Of a stretch of DNA of 64,000 bases, positions 62,637 through 64,000 are shown in pieces (position 1 is the stretch's first letter; every line of letters starts with the position of its first letter). Location: positions 1,184 to 65,183 of the forward strand of contig JBKQTH010000136.1 in the NCBI GenBank assembly GCA_052143275.1. Reading direction: 5' to 3'. A model generated the notes under the pieces. It was not told the DNA's origin and ran no database searches. It saw only the letters and a program-made list of their open reading frames with translations. Origin of the DNA: Ktedonobacterales bacterium (GTDB lineage Bacteria > Chloroflexota > Ktedonobacteria > Ktedonobacterales > JADMIN01). Made by a program: the position numbers and the translations under genes.

Positions 62637-64000
62637 TATGGAGTTGAGCGACTTCGACAAACGGTACCCGCCCCGACCCGGGCTCCCAGCGGGCGCCGAG
62701 GTAAGCCGTGTGGCCCCCAGTCCGACGGGGAGTCCACACATCGGCACGGCGCTCCAGGGGGTCATCGACCGTGCTATCGCCTCCCAGTCTGGCGGTGTCT
62801 TTATTCTGCGCATTGAGGATACCGACCGCAAACGCCTGGTGCCTGGTGCCGTCGACGAGATCATCGCATCGCTCAGCTGGCTCGGTATCGCACCCGACGA
62901 GGGGCCAGAGCTTGGTGGCGCCTATGGGCCCTACATACAGAGCGAGCGGTTGTCGCTCTATCAGTCGGCGGCAGACTGGCTACTCGCACACGGCCATGCC
63001 TATCGCTGCTTCTGCACACCGGCGCGGCTGGATGAGTTGCGTCGCACGCAGCAGGCTGCAGGGCTACCTCCACGCTACGATCGTCACTGCCGCTCCGTCG
63101 CGCAAGACGATGTCGAGCGGCAGTTGGCCGCAGGCGAGCCGTTTGTCATTCGGCTCGCCGTGCCCGACGACCGCCAGATTCGCTTTCATGACGAGCAGCG
63201 CGGCGACATCATCATCGACGCGAATGTGGTGGACGATCAGGTACTGCTGAAATCTGACGGCTTCCCGACCTATCATCTCGCCGTAGTCGTGGATGACCAT
63301 TGCATGCATGTCACGACCGCTGTGCGCGGCGAAGAGTGGATCTCGTCTACACCGAAACATGTCCTACTCTACGACGCATTCGGGTGGCAGATGCCGCGCA
63401 CCATCCATACGCCGCTGCTGCGCGACGCTGACCGGCGCAAGCTCTCTAAACGAACCAGCGATACCTCGATTGGATGGTTCCGCTTACAGGGGTACCTGCC
63501 CGATGGCTTCCGCAACTTCATTACACGCCTCATCTGGACGCATCCGGACGGGAGAGATATCTATTCTTGGCCGGAGTTCGTCGAGCGCTTCTCGATCTCG
63601 GGCCTGCGCGCCACGGCACCAGTCGCCGACACCGATCTGCTCGACTTCATCAATGGCCAGTACATCCGCATGCTCGCGCCTGAGGCGCTGTATCAGGCAA
63701 CACGCGAGTGGCTGGAGTATGTCTACGCAGAGGCACTCCAGAGCCAGGCGCACTCCGTCACGTTTGAGCTGAGCGGCAAGGGCGATGTCTCAATCAGCGC
63801 ATCGATCGAGGATCTCCAGATGTTCGCGGCCGCCTTTACCCGTGATCCCGCCTACACACAGCGCGTGCTGGCATTGGAGCCGGAGCGCTACAAGAAGCTT
63901 TGCGACATTCTGGTCCAGACGCGGCTTTTCTACCCCGACCTCTTCACGCCGGCGCACCGCGACCAGCTGGTAAAGCCTCTGGGCGACCCAGCGCAAGCAC
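62637..64000 (+). CDS. gltX: Glutamate--tRNA ligase (class I), 5' part; runs off the right window edge
   Basis: Manual translation gives MELSDFDKRYPPRPGLPAGAEVSRVAPSPTGSPHIGTALQGV...GVFILRIEDTDRKR...LSWLGIAPDEGPELGGAYGPYIQSERLSLY...AYRCFCT...LLKSDGFPTYHLAVVVDDHCMHVTTAVRGEEWISSTPKH...KLSKR. The HIGH and KMSKS motifs are present and there is no stop through 64000. It is absent from the ORF track because it is open-ended. Confidence 0.9.

Noticed and set aside
1-64000. Mobile elements, CRISPR arrays, prophage or defence islands
   Set aside because: I found no transposase, integrase or recombinase-like ORFs and no spaced direct-repeat arrays. No nuclease, helicase or methylase clusters, and no abrupt compositional islands beyond short AT-rich promoter regions. 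The window looks like core chromosome.

Overview
GC-rich (by eye about 58-62%) bacterial chromosomal window, densely coding. I found no transposases, integrases, CRISPR arrays or rRNA. Gene content and protein style suggest a Chloroflexota/Ktedonobacteria-like organism (form I CO dehydrogenase, many Pro/Tyr/Gly-rich low-complexity tails, Hanks kinases, PATAN/DUF4388 chemosensory genes). That taxonomic call is only inference. All domain calls come from motif recognition by eye, with no searches or alignments run. Left to right: (1) a partial selD with an in-frame TGA (selenocysteine) that the ORF track misses; (2) a Hanks kinase, a GT4 glycosyltransferase, a CaCA-type cation antiporter and leuB; (3) a roughly 10-kb minus-strand chemosensory operon in pilGHIJ-chpA / pixGHIJL gene order: DUF4388 protein, two receivers, CheW, MCP, and a 1524-aa CheA-receiver hybrid with two Hpt domains. 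No CheB or CheR lies in the window; (4) an MMPL transporter translationally coupled to an AttH/CrtC-like lipoprotein; (5) smpB, an SDR epimerase, and DUF4177-clpP; (6) an XRE regulator plus a CHAP-domain lipoprotein gene that appears frameshifted; (7) a 1351-aa TPR protein, an ABC-F ATPase, an EF-G II paralogue and glyA; (8) a DUF4190 protein, a tail-anchored Hanks kinase and an IPT/TIG surface protein; (9) a livJHMGF-type ABC importer; (10) a sigma-70 family factor overlapping a DUF2520 oxidoreductase gene; (11) a form I aerobic CO dehydrogenase cluster coxMSL-coxG plus an XdhC-family maturation factor fused to a YHS/TRASH metal-binding domain; (12) a processive GT2 synthase plus a GH-A-like hydrolase; (13) hrcA-grpE-dnaK-dnaJ with CIRCE-like operators; (14) tRNA-Leu(UAA) and a partial gltX that runs off the right edge and is also absent from the ORF track. 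I see no convincing entirely novel system. The most interesting items are the Sec-containing selD, the split-PATAN chemosensory operon with its giant CheA, the XdhC-YHS fusion next to Mo-Cu CODH, the MMPL/AttH pair, the ABC-F/EF-G II/TPR neighbourhood, and several unexplained non-coding stretches and repeats.
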